Shown: positions 26,936 through 36,301 of the stretch, in pieces
Numbering within the stretch: position 1 is the stretch's first letter
Layout of the letters: the number at the start of each line of letters is the position of its first letter
From: a virus
Lineage: Duplodnaviria > Caudoviricetes
Length of the DNA: 64,000 bases
IMG/VR virus record: IMGVR_UViG_3300049792_000048
Coordinates: 32,001-96,000 of that record
Strand: one strand, 5' to 3'
Made by a program: the position numbers and the translations under genes
The notes under the pieces: model-generated
Told to the model about the DNA's origin: nothing
Databases searched by the model: none
The model's input: the letters and a program-made list of their open reading frames with translations, nothing else

Positions 26936-28245
26936 GAGATCTTCGCGGCAGCGATGACCTTCTGATAGATCGCCGCCGACACGTCGGGCTTCGTGAGAGG
27001 GGTGCGGGCGGCATTGGCGCCCTGGACGTGGAAGGAGAGCTCGGCGTTCTCGTCTTCGTACGAGTACCAGGCGCCAGCTTGCTCGATGATCCCGAAGCGG
27101 ACGCCAGCCGAGAGGAGGCTGGAGGGGATGTCCGCACCGAAGTCGTAGTAGAACTCGTACGACCCTTTCAGGCCGTCGTGAGTCCCGAGCTTGCCCTTGG
27201 TGAGCTCCCAGTTGATGGTGCGGCCGATCTGCGTAGGCGGATCATCGGCCTTGTCGACGATGGTGGGGCCCTTGTGCAGCATCAAGTCGATGGCCTTGCC
27301 ATGGGCGAGAGCACGCGACCCGCTGCCGGGCTGATACTTCATGTGCTGCGGGACCGGGACACCCGGCTTCATCCGCACTTGATCACGATTCGCACGAACC
27401 TGGTTCGTCGCGATGAGAGTGGTCTCGTTCCTGCCGCCGAGCTCGGTGGTCCGATTCAGCAACATGAACATCTTCGGGATGAAGCGGGAGAGGAGCTGAG
27501 CCTCGCTGCTCTGGATGGCGTGCTCGGACACACTCTCAGTGTCCTCCTTCGCCTGCGTCTCGAAGACGCCGAGGGAGTTGATGGCGATCATCTGGAACAT
27601 GCCTGTGGAGAGGCACTCCAAGACCAAGTCGAGACCGTGGTCCACGATGAGACCCTGAATGAGGTAGATGTTGCCTACCTGCGTCTGGAGCTCGGTGATC
27701 TCCTCGTCCGTGAGAGGAGGCTGCCCGCGTTGCAGGCGGGAGAGCTGCTTCTCTGCGATCTCCTCGTCGGTGTCCGCAACCCTGACTCCGCACTTCTCAC
27801 GTGCGAAGTCCTTGTCATACGGAAACTCGGTCGAGAAGATCGCGACCTGCATGTTCTCGCCGTAGTTCTTCTGGAGCTCGCGGATCAGGCAGTTCAGGAT
27901 GTAGTCCTTGCCGGCACCATCTGGACCCGTGATGACGCTGAGAGCCCCTTCCGGGAAACCGCCGGCGAGGGCGATGTCCAAGTCGGGGATCCCAGTGGGA
28001 CGACGCAGCGAGTGGGAGGTCATGGCCTCCGACGCCCGTCGAATGACGACTGACTCGTGCTTGGCGTTCGTCGCCGCGATGATCTGGTTGATGCGTTCGC
28101 TTGGAGTGACCTGAGCCTTCTTGTCGGCCGCCTTCTTCTTGGGGACCGCCGGCTTCTTGCCCGCGTTCACCATCTCGGCAACCTTCGCCTTGGCCTTCTC
28201 ATTGTCCCTCTTCGCTTGCTTCCTCTGCTGTGTTTTCGACGCCAT
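26920..28245 (-). CDS. recA: RecA/UvsX-like recombinase
   Basis: PTGIPDLDIALAGGFPEG, GPDGAGKD, TNQVR, GSRALAH, GIIEQAGAWYSY. Confidence 0.9.
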   Translation of the reverse strand: MASKTQQRKQAKRDNEKAKAKVAEMVNAGKKPAVPKKKAADKKAQVTPSERINQIIAATNAKHESVVIRRASEAMTSHSLRRPTGIPDLDIALAGGFPEGALSVITGPDGAGKDYILNCLIRELQKNYGENMQVAIFSTEFPYDKDFAREKCGVRVADTDEEIAEKQLSRLQRGQPPLTDEEITELQTQVGNIYLIQGLIVDHGLDLVLECLSTGMFQMIAINSLGVFETQAKEDTESVSEHAIQSSEAQLLSRFIPKMFMLLNRTTELGGRNETTLIATNQVRANRDQVRMKPGVPVPQHMKYQPGSGSRALAHGKAIDLMLHKGPTIVDKADDPPTQIGRTINWELTKGKLGTHDGLKGSYEFYYDFGADIPSSLLSAGVRFGIIEQAGAWYSYEDENAELSFHVQGANAARTPLTKPDVSAAIYQKVIAAAKISCRFV

Positions 28246-28251
28246 CTTTCC

Positions 28252-30252
28252 TCACTTTGCTTCGTTCCAACGATGTGCCCGACCGATGTCGGGCGTGATG
28301 GGCACGGGGTACTCCATCTGGAGAGGCCCCCACTGAATCGGCTTGCCCATCAACTGCGCCATCACCTCAGCGCAATCCTTGGACGTGTCCTTCGGTGCTT
28401 CGCCTACCAACTCATCGTGAACGGTGAGCAGGAGCTCTCCACCGAGGCTCTTGAAGTTGGGGTCGTTGTCGACGAGCAGCATGGCGAGCTTCATCAGCTC
28501 AGCGGCGCTGCCCTGCACGTGCATGTTGTACGCCTGACGTTGTTCCTGAGCGATGATGCGGCCGTTGCTCAGGGGGCTTCCAATACGATGCAGTCGGCGC
28601 ATACGGCCGAACATCGTGAAGGAGTGCCCATTCTCCATGGCGTACCCATGGCAGAACATGATGTTGTCGTAGATCTTGGGGTAGGCGGAGAAGAAAGCAC
28701 TCTTCAGCTCGCCAGCGCGTTCCTTCGAGATGTTGAGTTGCAAGGCCATCTTGGTCTCTCCCTCTCCGAAGAGGGTGCCGAGACCGACGGTCTTTGACTC
28801 ATTTCGACGTGCGAGAACTTCCAGGTCGTACTTGGTCAGCTCTGACTTGGACTTCTTCTTGGCCGCAGCGACATCCTCATACGGGATGCCGAACATGTTC
28901 GTCGTGTTCGCATTGTGGATGTCCCAACCCCGATGGACTGCTTCCATCATCGACTCTTCTTGGGCTTGGACAGCAGCAACACGGAACTCGATCTGCGGAT
29001 AGTCACCGTCCAGGAGATCCTTGCCAGGAGACGACACGAACATCCCACGGATACCGTAGGGGTCGCTCTTCGGGTCGGGCCGCGGCAGGTTCTGCATGTT
29101 CGGGTCGGACGAGCTCAGACGTGATGTCCGAGCGCCGGCCTGGTTGTACCGGGTGTGAATACGTCCATCAGGACCGAGGTGGTCACCGATGTTCTTGACA
29201 TAGGTGCCGTGTAGCTTGACCAGCTTCTTCAGCTCCAGGAGCTTGAAGATGAACTTGCCGGCCATGCTATTGGAGCTTCGCTCCATGAGGATCTTGAGGG
29301 ACTTTTCGTCGGTACCCTCGACAGCTGCCTTCTTGCCGCCCTTCGTGTACTTCACGGGCTTCAAGTTGAACGTGCTGTTCCCTCCGTAGAGGATTTCTCG
29401 GAGCTGGTCCGAGGACTTCGGGTTGAACTGTCTCCCGATCATGTCGTGCAGCTCACGTGTCGCGGCAGCGATGCCGTTGCGCATGGGCTCATCGATCTTC
29501 TTCACGTAGTCGAGGTCGACGAGGATACCGCGGCGCTCCAAGTTCCAGAGCGTGCGGGTCATCGGGACTTCTAAAACCCGGAAGTAGTCGTACAGAGTCT
29601 CGAAGCCAGGAGCGATGTCCACGGGGAGCATCTCGCTCGCAAGCTGGTTCGCAAGGTCCTGATGCAAGAGGAACGTGAAGTAGGCGTCGCAGCTCGCGTA
29701 GTCGATGAGCAACTGCGGAGCCTGGTTGTAGACGTACAGGAGCTTGTCGCCCCCGGTCATCTTCTTGAAGTCGCGGAACGCGTTCTTGTCGAGCCCGAGC
29801 TTCTGACTCACCACGAGCGGGTCGAGGAAGAGCTCCTTGAACTCACCCCACTTCGCTTCGTAGGACAGCCATGCCTGGTCCTTGAGACCGTGCGGGCGTG
29901 TGTCGTCCATCATCGCGTCCATGACGATGATGTCGAAGACCTCTCCGGCGATGACGATGCCGGCATTGCGAAGCAGATGCAGGTCGTACTTCGCATTCGC
30001 CATGCACCAACTGACGTCGGTACGGGCGAACAGAGGCTCGAATGCGTAGATGAACTCCGCGGGGAAGCACCACCGATTGTCCTCGGTAGCCATCGACCAG
30101 AAGAGGATTCGATCCTCCATGATCTTCAGACCGGTCGTCTCGGTGTCGATGGCGATGGTACCCCCGCGCTGCATCAGGAGACGCAACACGGGGATACATC
30201 CCTCCCACGACCGGACTTCCTCTACCGGGGGCAGCAGACGAAGCCTGGGCAT
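28252..30252 (-). CDS. polA: Family A DNA polymerase (3'-5' exonuclease plus polymerase)
   Basis: IDTETTG, NAKYD, YASCDA, RLSSSDPNMQNLP, DYPQIEFR, QGSAAE, TVHDEL. Confidence 0.95.
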   Translation of the reverse strand: MPRLRLLPPVEEVRSWEGCIPVLRLLMQRGGTIAIDTETTGLKIMEDRILFWSMATEDNRWCFPAEFIYAFEPLFARTDVSWCMANAKYDLHLLRNAGIVIAGEVFDIIVMDAMMDDTRPHGLKDQAWLSYEAKWGEFKELFLDPLVVSQKLGLDKNAFRDFKKMTGGDKLLYVYNQAPQLLIDYASCDAYFTFLLHQDLANQLASEMLPVDIAPGFETLYDYFRVLEVPMTRTLWNLERRGILVDLDYVKKIDEPMRNGIAAATRELHDMIGRQFNPKSSDQLREILYGGNSTFNLKPVKYTKGGKKAAVEGTDEKSLKILMERSSNSMAGKFIFKLLELKKLVKLHGTYVKNIGDHLGPDGRIHTRYNQAGARTSRLSSSDPNMQNLPRPDPKSDPYGIRGMFVSSPGKDLLDGDYPQIEFRVAAVQAQEESMMEAVHRGWDIHNANTTNMFGIPYEDVAAAKKKSKSELTKYDLEVLARRNESKTVGLGTLFGEGETKMALQLNISKERAGELKSAFFSAYPKIYDNIMFCHGYAMENGHSFTMFGRMRRLHRIGSPLSNGRIIAQEQRQAYNMHVQGSAAELMKLAMLLVDNDPNFKSLGGELLLTVHDELVGEAPKDTSKDCAEVMAQLMGKPIQWGPLQMEYPVPITPDIGRAHRWNEAK

Positions 30253-30263
30253 GCCCCTTCAGC

Positions 30264-31517
30264 TCAGCTCGACGCGTCGTCGCTGAAGGACATCTGATCG
30301 GCGTCGCCCTCTTCCTGGCCGTAGGGCTGGCTCTCCTTCTTCTGGAGGTGGTAGCCCGCATCGACGGCCTTGAGATCGTCCGGCAGCGTCCAGGCCTGCT
30401 GGTCGATGTTGTCCGGGGCCAGGATCGTCACGATGTCGAGAGGGCTCATGACGAGCTCCGAGATGCGCTCCGCCCAGGTCGGGTTCTTCTCGAAGATCTG
30501 GACGTAGTTCGGAACGCGGAAGCCTTCCAGCTTCAGGTCCGACTTCTTGTCGTCGATCGGCACCGTCTTCAGGCGCAGGTCGAACTTGAGGATCGACCCT
30601 TCCTCCGGAGCATCGCAGCCGGTGCACAGGATGACCGGCAGGCAGCACTCCTCGGTGCCGCATGCGTTGCACTTGATCTTCTGTTCGCGAAGAGCACGAA
30701 GATCCGAGCCCGTGACGCCCTCTGGGATCTCGAAGGTGACGGCGTCGCACTCCGAGCAGTGCATCTCCGTGGTCATGAGGTCGCTTGCGCAGTTCGCGCA
30801 GGAGTTCCAGAGGTCCATGTCCATCTCCGCGAGCTGCGCGAGGTGGACGGGGCCGAAGCTCCAGTGGAAGTTGCGCCCGAACTCGTAGGGCATCGTTGCG
30901 TGCTTCGTGATGGGGACACCACTGAGCGGGGCCGGCAGGAACGTGGTGAGGTCCTGGCCGTTCTTGCTCTTGCGGGGCTTGCCATCCTTCATGAGCGGCA
31001 TCTCGAAGATCTTCTCGACGCACGTCGTCGCCATGCCGTAGCGCGTGCTGGCCTGGACCGGCGGGGACTTCCGCTTCTCCTCATCTTTCACGGACGTCGC
31101 CTTCTCCTGTTCACGCAGGATGTCGTAGAACTTCGCGCGGATCGCACAGCCGCGGCATGGCATGTCACGGCCGGGGCCGGACGAGCAGATGAACGGACGC
31201 TTGCGCGCCACGACGTAGTGCCCGGTGTACTCGAACCAGGGACGAGCCGGGTAGTCCGGCGTCGGGTTCTCCTGCGTCGGAGCCTTCGTCTCGATGAGCG
31301 TCTTGTCCTCACGGCTGTAGAGGAGCTGCTCGTAGAGCTGGTCGGGGTTGAGCCGCACCCAGATCGGCGAGGTGCCGAGCACGAGACGGTCGAATGCCCC
31401 ATCGGGGCGCTTGAACTGCGTACGGGCCGAGGCCGCCTTCGCCGCCTTCGCCGAGTTGGCGAACCGGGCCTGGGGGACGTGACCGCGCATGCGGGGCTGG
31501 AAGCTGTTGTTGCTCAT
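30264..31517 (-). CDS. Putative single-stranded DNA-binding protein with multiple zinc fingers
   Basis: H...FICS...CRGC (gp32-like); four further CxxC pairs; acidic C-terminal tail; lies between primase and polA. Confidence 0.55.
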   Translation of the reverse strand: MSNNSFQPRMRGHVPQARFANSAKAAKAASARTQFKRPDGAFDRLVLGTSPIWVRLNPDQLYEQLLYSREDKTLIETKAPTQENPTPDYPARPWFEYTGHYVVARKRPFICSSGPGRDMPCRGCAIRAKFYDILREQEKATSVKDEEKRKSPPVQASTRYGMATTCVEKIFEMPLMKDGKPRKSKNGQDLTTFLPAPLSGVPITKHATMPYEFGRNFHWSFGPVHLAQLAEMDMDLWNSCANCASDLMTTEMHCSECDAVTFEIPEGVTGSDLRALREQKIKCNACGTEECCLPVILCTGCDAPEEGSILKFDLRLKTVPIDDKKSDLKLEGFRVPNYVQIFEKNPTWAERISELVMSPLDIVTILAPDNIDQQAWTLPDDLKAVDAGYHLQKKESQPYGQEEGDADQMSFSDDASS

Positions 31518-32527
31518 GATGTTCTCTTTTCTCTGTTCTCTGATTTCCACTGCACGTAGTACGAGGCACTGCTTATCGAGGACTGAATCTCTGCTTCTTG
31601 AAGTTGATCTGCTTGTTGTCTTAGGTCTGGGTACTTAGCGACTTTTACGATGTTCTTGCTTACGAGTAGTTTCCCTGCGGCGTGCGTTCCTTTGTGTCCT
31701 GCTTCGTTGTTGTCGAGGAAGAGCGTGACTTCACTCGCAGTGCGGGCGAGGAGCTCTGCCTGGAGTTTGGTTAGGTGTGCTCCGATGAGAGCGACGACGT
31801 TGTGGTAGCCCATCTGCCAGATCCACATCGCGGCCTTGAAGCCCTCGCACACGATGATGGGAGAGCGGTCCCGAAAGCAGATCGGGAAGATGAGGTGGGC
31901 ATGCCAGAGGAGCGCACCCTTGATAGACGCCATCGAGTACTTCGGACTGACACCGAACCGGGCCAGGTCCTTCTCGGAGTAAATCTTGTACCGAGGTTCG
32001 AGCCCCTGGACCATCGTGCGGCCGGATACACCAACGAGCTCACCGTACAGGTTGCGAAGGGGGAAGGTCACACGAGCCATCGTGTGGTCGACCCCGACCT
32101 CGAAGTGCCGGAGCGTACGCTCCTTGAAGCCGGCTCGGTAGAGGGTTTCAGGCCTCAGACGCCACCCATCCAGAATCTCGTCGTCCAGGACGAACTTGCC
32201 TCGAAACGGGTTCGCTCCTGTGAAGATGGAGTGGGCGCTCTTGCCATCTCCGTACTCGCTGTAGTCGTAGCTGATCTTCTCCACCACCGACTTCGCGATG
32301 TCGGTGGGAGCTCCTACCTGACGTAGGAACTTGCTGATGTGCCCGGCGACGCTGCAACCGTGGCAGAAGAATACCGGCTTCACCCGGGACACAGAGCACG
32401 ACGGAGTACGCTCAAGACCGCCGCCGTGGAACGGGCAGCGGACCATCACGTAGTTGGTCGAGAGGACTGCACCTGCGAGAGACTGCGGAGCTAGCTCCCG
32501 CAGGACGTCTTCAATGCTCTGCGGCAT
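31514..32527 (-). CDS. dnaG: DnaG-type primase
   Basis: CPFH...ERTPS...FFCHGC (CHC2 finger); VGVSGR; VCEG; LFLDNNEAG (TOPRIM). Confidence 0.92.
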   Translation of the reverse strand: MPQSIEDVLRELAPQSLAGAVLSTNYVMVRCPFHGGGLERTPSCSVSRVKPVFFCHGCSVAGHISKFLRQVGAPTDIAKSVVEKISYDYSEYGDGKSAHSIFTGANPFRGKFVLDDEILDGWRLRPETLYRAGFKERTLRHFEVGVDHTMARVTFPLRNLYGELVGVSGRTMVQGLEPRYKIYSEKDLARFGVSPKYSMASIKGALLWHAHLIFPICFRDRSPIIVCEGFKAAMWIWQMGYHNVVALIGAHLTKLQAELLARTASEVTLFLDNNEAGHKGTHAAGKLLVSKNIVKVAKYPDLRQQADQLQEAEIQSSISSASYYVQWKSENREKRTS

Positions 32528-34058
32528 CTACTTCCTCTTCCTCACCATTGCCTCCCAGCGCTTCGGGACGGATGAGCTTGACTGACGGGAGGCCTGGGTT
32601 CGCATCGGCCAACTTCTTCTTCATCCCGCTGTTCGCACGGTTCCCGAAGTTCTTCGGCTGTCCCCGCTTCGCTGCTTCAGCATCGGAGGCCTCTTTCTCG
32701 GCCGTTGCTTCTGCATCCTCTTCCGAAGCGAGCATCGACAACAACTTCTTCTTGGTTCCTGGGAGGATCGGCTCGATCTCCCCGAAGTTGTTGCAGGGCT
32801 CGTTGTGGATGATGACGCCCTCACATTCGGTCTCACGACCGCCGAGGACGTACAGAGCGGAGCGATCTCCACTCTTTCGCTTCGCTGTGATGACGCGGAG
32901 AGCCATGTCGCAGTCCTGCGCGATGGCATCCGAGTATCCGAGGTTGGCCAGCGTTCCGACCTTCTCTTCCGCGTCACGGTTGAGCTGGTGCGTTCCGATG
33001 AGCGCAACTTCATGCTCCATCGCCATGTCCTTCAACAGTCGGCTGACGGAGGTCAACGCTTTCCAGTCCGAGTCGTACTTTTGCCCGCCCGTCACACCGA
33101 GGCGGTAGAACGAGTCGACAATGACGACGTGAGGGCGGTGCTCCTTGATCTTCGCCTCGATGAACGTCACCGGTTGTCCGGTGGCCTTCGTGACGATGAA
33201 CGCGCCCTGGCTGCCCGGTGCCTGGATCGCAGAAGCTTCATCCGTGTAGGACGTGAAGTCGGGATCGAGCGAGCCCTGAAGCTCGTCGAGGAACATGCCG
33301 ATGATGTCGAAGAGCTGCTGCTCCTCGAACTCGTCGAGCTCGCCCTTCTTGAACTGGCTGTAGTGGACCTCCGCGAGGAAGGCCATGAACCGCAACATGA
33401 TCTGTCGCGGAGGCATCTCAGGCGAGATGAACAGGATGCGCAGCTTGTGGTAACGCATCATGTACGCTGCGATGTAGAGGGCGACGAAGGTCTTCCTCGA
33501 CTTCGGGCGTCCCGAGATGATGTAGAACTCTCCGGCGTGCAGGCCTTGGGTGGAGTCGTTCAACCCCTTCCATGGCCATGGGAGGCCTTGCTTGAGGATC
33601 GTCTTGTTGCTGTAGTCCTCCAAGATCTCGAAAGCGGACTCGTGGAAGTCCATGTCGCGGCTCGACCCCGCGTCCTTCATGATCTCGTCGAACTCGGCTC
33701 GGACGATGCGGAGTTCACCAATGGGGTCGATGGCATCCATGGCCGCGACCATCTTCTCGGTGAGGGCTTGGATGCTCAGCTTTGTCCGGTACGACCTGGC
33801 CTCGTACACGAGAGCAGGTAGGTCGATGGTTTCTGCGGTCTCCGGCAGGTTGATGTGCTGGAAACGTTCCTTGATGACGGACATCGCCGGAACGTGTCCC
33901 TGGCCATCGGTGATCTGTCGGTAATGCGAGAGGAAGTCGAACAGCGACTCCGAGCCCGCGTCTGTGCAGTGCTCCTTGCGGAACTCTCCGCGGTGAATCG
34001 GACCGATGTCACCGACCTTGATCATGGCGGCGATGAGCTCAAGAGCGATCGTTGACAC
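32511..34058 (-). CDS. dnaB: DnaB-like replicative helicase
   Basis: GLHAGE, GRPKSRKT, SPEM, VIVDS, HQLNR, SDAIAQDCD. Confidence 0.9.
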   Translation of the reverse strand: MSTIALELIAAMIKVGDIGPIHRGEFRKEHCTDAGSESLFDFLSHYRQITDGQGHVPAMSVIKERFQHINLPETAETIDLPALVYEARSYRTKLSIQALTEKMVAAMDAIDPIGELRIVRAEFDEIMKDAGSSRDMDFHESAFEILEDYSNKTILKQGLPWPWKGLNDSTQGLHAGEFYIISGRPKSRKTFVALYIAAYMMRYHKLRILFISPEMPPRQIMLRFMAFLAEVHYSQFKKGELDEFEEQQLFDIIGMFLDELQGSLDPDFTSYTDEASAIQAPGSQGAFIVTKATGQPVTFIEAKIKEHRPHVVIVDSFYRLGVTGGQKYDSDWKALTSVSRLLKDMAMEHEVALIGTHQLNRDAEEKVGTLANLGYSDAIAQDCDMALRVITAKRKSGDRSALYVLGGRETECEGVIIHNEPCNNFGEIEPILPGTKKKLLSMLASEEDAEATAEKEASDAEAAKRGQPKNFGNRANSGMKKKLADANPGLPSVKLIRPEALGGNGEEEEVDAAEH

Positions 34059-34178
34059 TCACGGGCCTCCGTTTTTGGGGAAGGGCATCTTGTTGATCGT
34101 CCCCGCCAACCGCAAGGCCTTCGTGAGCACCACCACCCGTAGTGATGGTCACGTCACGCATGGCACAGGCGGCAGCGG

Positions 34179-35216
34179 CTAGAAGACGAGGCGGTAGAGG
34201 ACGGCGCCGGCGATGGCTCCGACCTCATAACTCTCGTCTCGGTTGGTATACGAGGCGCAGGCCTCGGTGATTGTCTCGAAGATGTCGAGCGCGGTGTGTG
34301 ACCGGTTTTGGGACCGGTAGGTGTCTCGGCACAGGTCGATGAAGTCCTTCCTGGACAGACACGACGCGAGGAGGCGCTCCATGGAGGCCACAGCATCGTC
34401 ATCATTCAAGTAGGACTTCGAGGCGAGCATCGGGATCTTCGTTGCCATATCGGTCCAGGAGGCAGCGCACTTCTCGAACGCTTCCTTGAACTTGGCAGGG
34501 AGGTCGACCTTGCCACGGTGGATTCTCCGCAGCACGGCTTGGCTCTCGATGACGACGGGCACCCCGTACGCTCGAACGATGAGCGAGGGGATCACCCACA
34601 ACGAGGTGTACCCGACCTCACTGTTCTTCACGACAGCACCCGGGTACGCGAAGAACTTCGTGTTGGGGATCGTGATTGGGGTCGGGGAAACGATGTATGC
34701 ATAGAACGCCCGGTCGGTGATGCCACTGGCATACCGCAGAGCCATCGAGGTGTCGGGGATGGTTTCGACCACCGCCTTCATGATCTCGGTGTTGGGGATG
34801 TCTGCATACTCTCGGCTCACCAAGCCACGGATGAGCTTCGCAGGGAAGACATCGTCAGCCGCGCTTTGGGTGCGGAAGTTGTAGTTGCTCAGCCCATGGA
34901 GACGAGCGTTGAGCTCATCGGCTTGGCGTTCGAGCCCGACGAGACTGAACCACTTCTCTTTCGTTCCCAATAGGGAAAGAAGTTGCGAGCGGCTCCAGCG
35001 CGTGAAGATGTACTTGTCCTCCCGCTTGGTGTCGGTATCCCGATCGCGCTCGATTGCAGCCCCGACCACGTCCTGCTCTTCCTCGCCAAGAAGCGTGGAG
35101 AGCAGGATCGGCTCGAAGCGCAGGCTGTGACTTTCACTGCTGACGTCGTAGATGAGGTCGGGAAGATGAAGAGCAGCGTCGGCGTCGACGTTACCCTTGA
35201 GTTCCGTCAGGCTCAT
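34179..35216 (-). CDS. DUF932-like phage protein
   Basis: IRGLVSREY..IPN, VKNSEVGYTSL, RRIHRG; start moved to ATG 35216. Confidence 0.6.
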   Translation of the reverse strand: MSLTELKGNVDADAALHLPDLIYDVSSESHSLRFEPILLSTLLGEEEQDVVGAAIERDRDTDTKREDKYIFTRWSRSQLLSLLGTKEKWFSLVGLERQADELNARLHGLSNYNFRTQSAADDVFPAKLIRGLVSREYADIPNTEIMKAVVETIPDTSMALRYASGITDRAFYAYIVSPTPITIPNTKFFAYPGAVVKNSEVGYTSLWVIPSLIVRAYGVPVVIESQAVLRRIHRGKVDLPAKFKEAFEKCAASWTDMATKIPMLASKSYLNDDDAVASMERLLASCLSRKDFIDLCRDTYRSQNRSHTALDIFETITEACASYTNRDESYEVGAIAGAVLYRLVF

Positions 35217-35517
35217 CAGACGTCTGGCCGGTATTTCCCAGGGACTCGCCGATTCCACGCGGTCCTCCGATCGCTGAGGGTAGAGCGCCGTCCGTGGGCG
35301 ACGCGAAGTGCATACCCTCCGCACGCTTGCGGAGGATATCCAAGAGCTCGTTGGCCTTGAGGCTGATCTCGGATTCGTTGTCGAGCGGAACGCCGTGCCG
35401 CATGATGCCGTGCACAACTCCATCTTCGTCGACGAACTGAATCTCGTAGGTCAGTGAGGTGTTCTCGATGGTGGCCTTCGTGACTCCGACGCGAGACCCT
35501 TTGTATCCGGAGTTCAT
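35191..35517 (-). CDS. Hypothetical protein
   Basis: GAGG RBS; ATG 35517 overlaps the upstream stop. Confidence 0.65.
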   Translation of the reverse strand: MNSGYKGSRVGVTKATIENTSLTYEIQFVDEDGVVHGIMRHGVPLDNESEISLKANELLDILRKRAEGMHFASPTDGALPSAIGGPRGIGESLGNTGQTSDEPDGTQG

Positions 35518-35885
35518 TCCTCTCGAAGCCCCAAGGTCTTGCGGTGCGCCTTCAGGCCCTCGAAAGCTTTCAGGATCGCTTCCTCGTTGAGGATGGTACA
35601 CTCGGCCATCGTCGCGTCGGCGGCGGACTTGATGGAGAGCTCGTGCTGGTCGCAGGCAACTTCGATGCTGGTCGAGACCTGGATCGAGCTGTAGCCGGGA
35701 CCCCCGATCTTCTCGGAGATCTCACGACGAACACGAGCGAGCTTGTTGCCTGCGGTCAGCGAGGCGAACTTGTCGGTGGACATGTACAGGTCTTTCTCGG
35801 TCAAGTAGGACTTCGAGCAGAGCTCCTCGATGGGCTCTCCCTCGACATCCCACACTTCGACCAACTGGATGATCTCGTAGCTCAC
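35514..35885 (-). CDS. Hypothetical protein
   Basis: Coupled ORF within the operon. Confidence 0.7.
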   Translation of the reverse strand: MSYEIIQLVEVWDVEGEPIEELCSKSYLTEKDLYMSTDKFASLTAGNKLARVRREISEKIGGPGYSSIQVSTSIEVACDQHELSIKSAADATMAECTILNEEAILKAFEGLKAHRKTLGLREE

Positions 35886-36301
35886 CGCTGGAAGATCGAC
35901 GGCGGCTTCGGGCCACCGGAAATGCGGGGAGTGCCAGAACCGACGACGGCCTCTTCGACCGAGCGATCGATCAGGCCCTTCTCGACGGCTTCCTCGAACC
36001 TCTTGCTGTCGACGCTCTCGACGGTCTTCACGAACGGGTCGGCCTTCTTGCCGAGGCTCTTGCGAAGGGCTTCCACGTCGTAGATGCGTGGCACCGAGAT
36101 CGTGAACGAGCTGAACTTCTTGCCGACCGTGGCGGCGTTGTCACGCAGCTCGTTCTTCAGAACTTCGAGTGACTCGGACAGGCTGACGGCGAGATGGTCG
36201 TGCTCGTCGAGGACGTCCGTGTGCTGCAAGCGGAACGCCTCGTACGTGGCGAGTGAGCTTTCGTATGCCGCCTGAGCGGCGTACAGGGACTGTCGGGACA
36301 T
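35882..36301 (-). CDS. Hypothetical protein
   Basis: ATG 36301 (MSRQSLY...) coupled TGATG to the upstream gene; the longer ORF call overlaps the UDG gene. Confidence 0.7.
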   Translation of the reverse strand: MSRQSLYAAQAAYESSLATYEAFRLQHTDVLDEHDHLAVSLSESLEVLKNELRDNAATVGKKFSSFTISVPRIYDVEALRKSLGKKADPFVKTVESVDSKRFEEAVEKGLIDRSVEEAVVGSGTPRISGGPKPPSIFQR

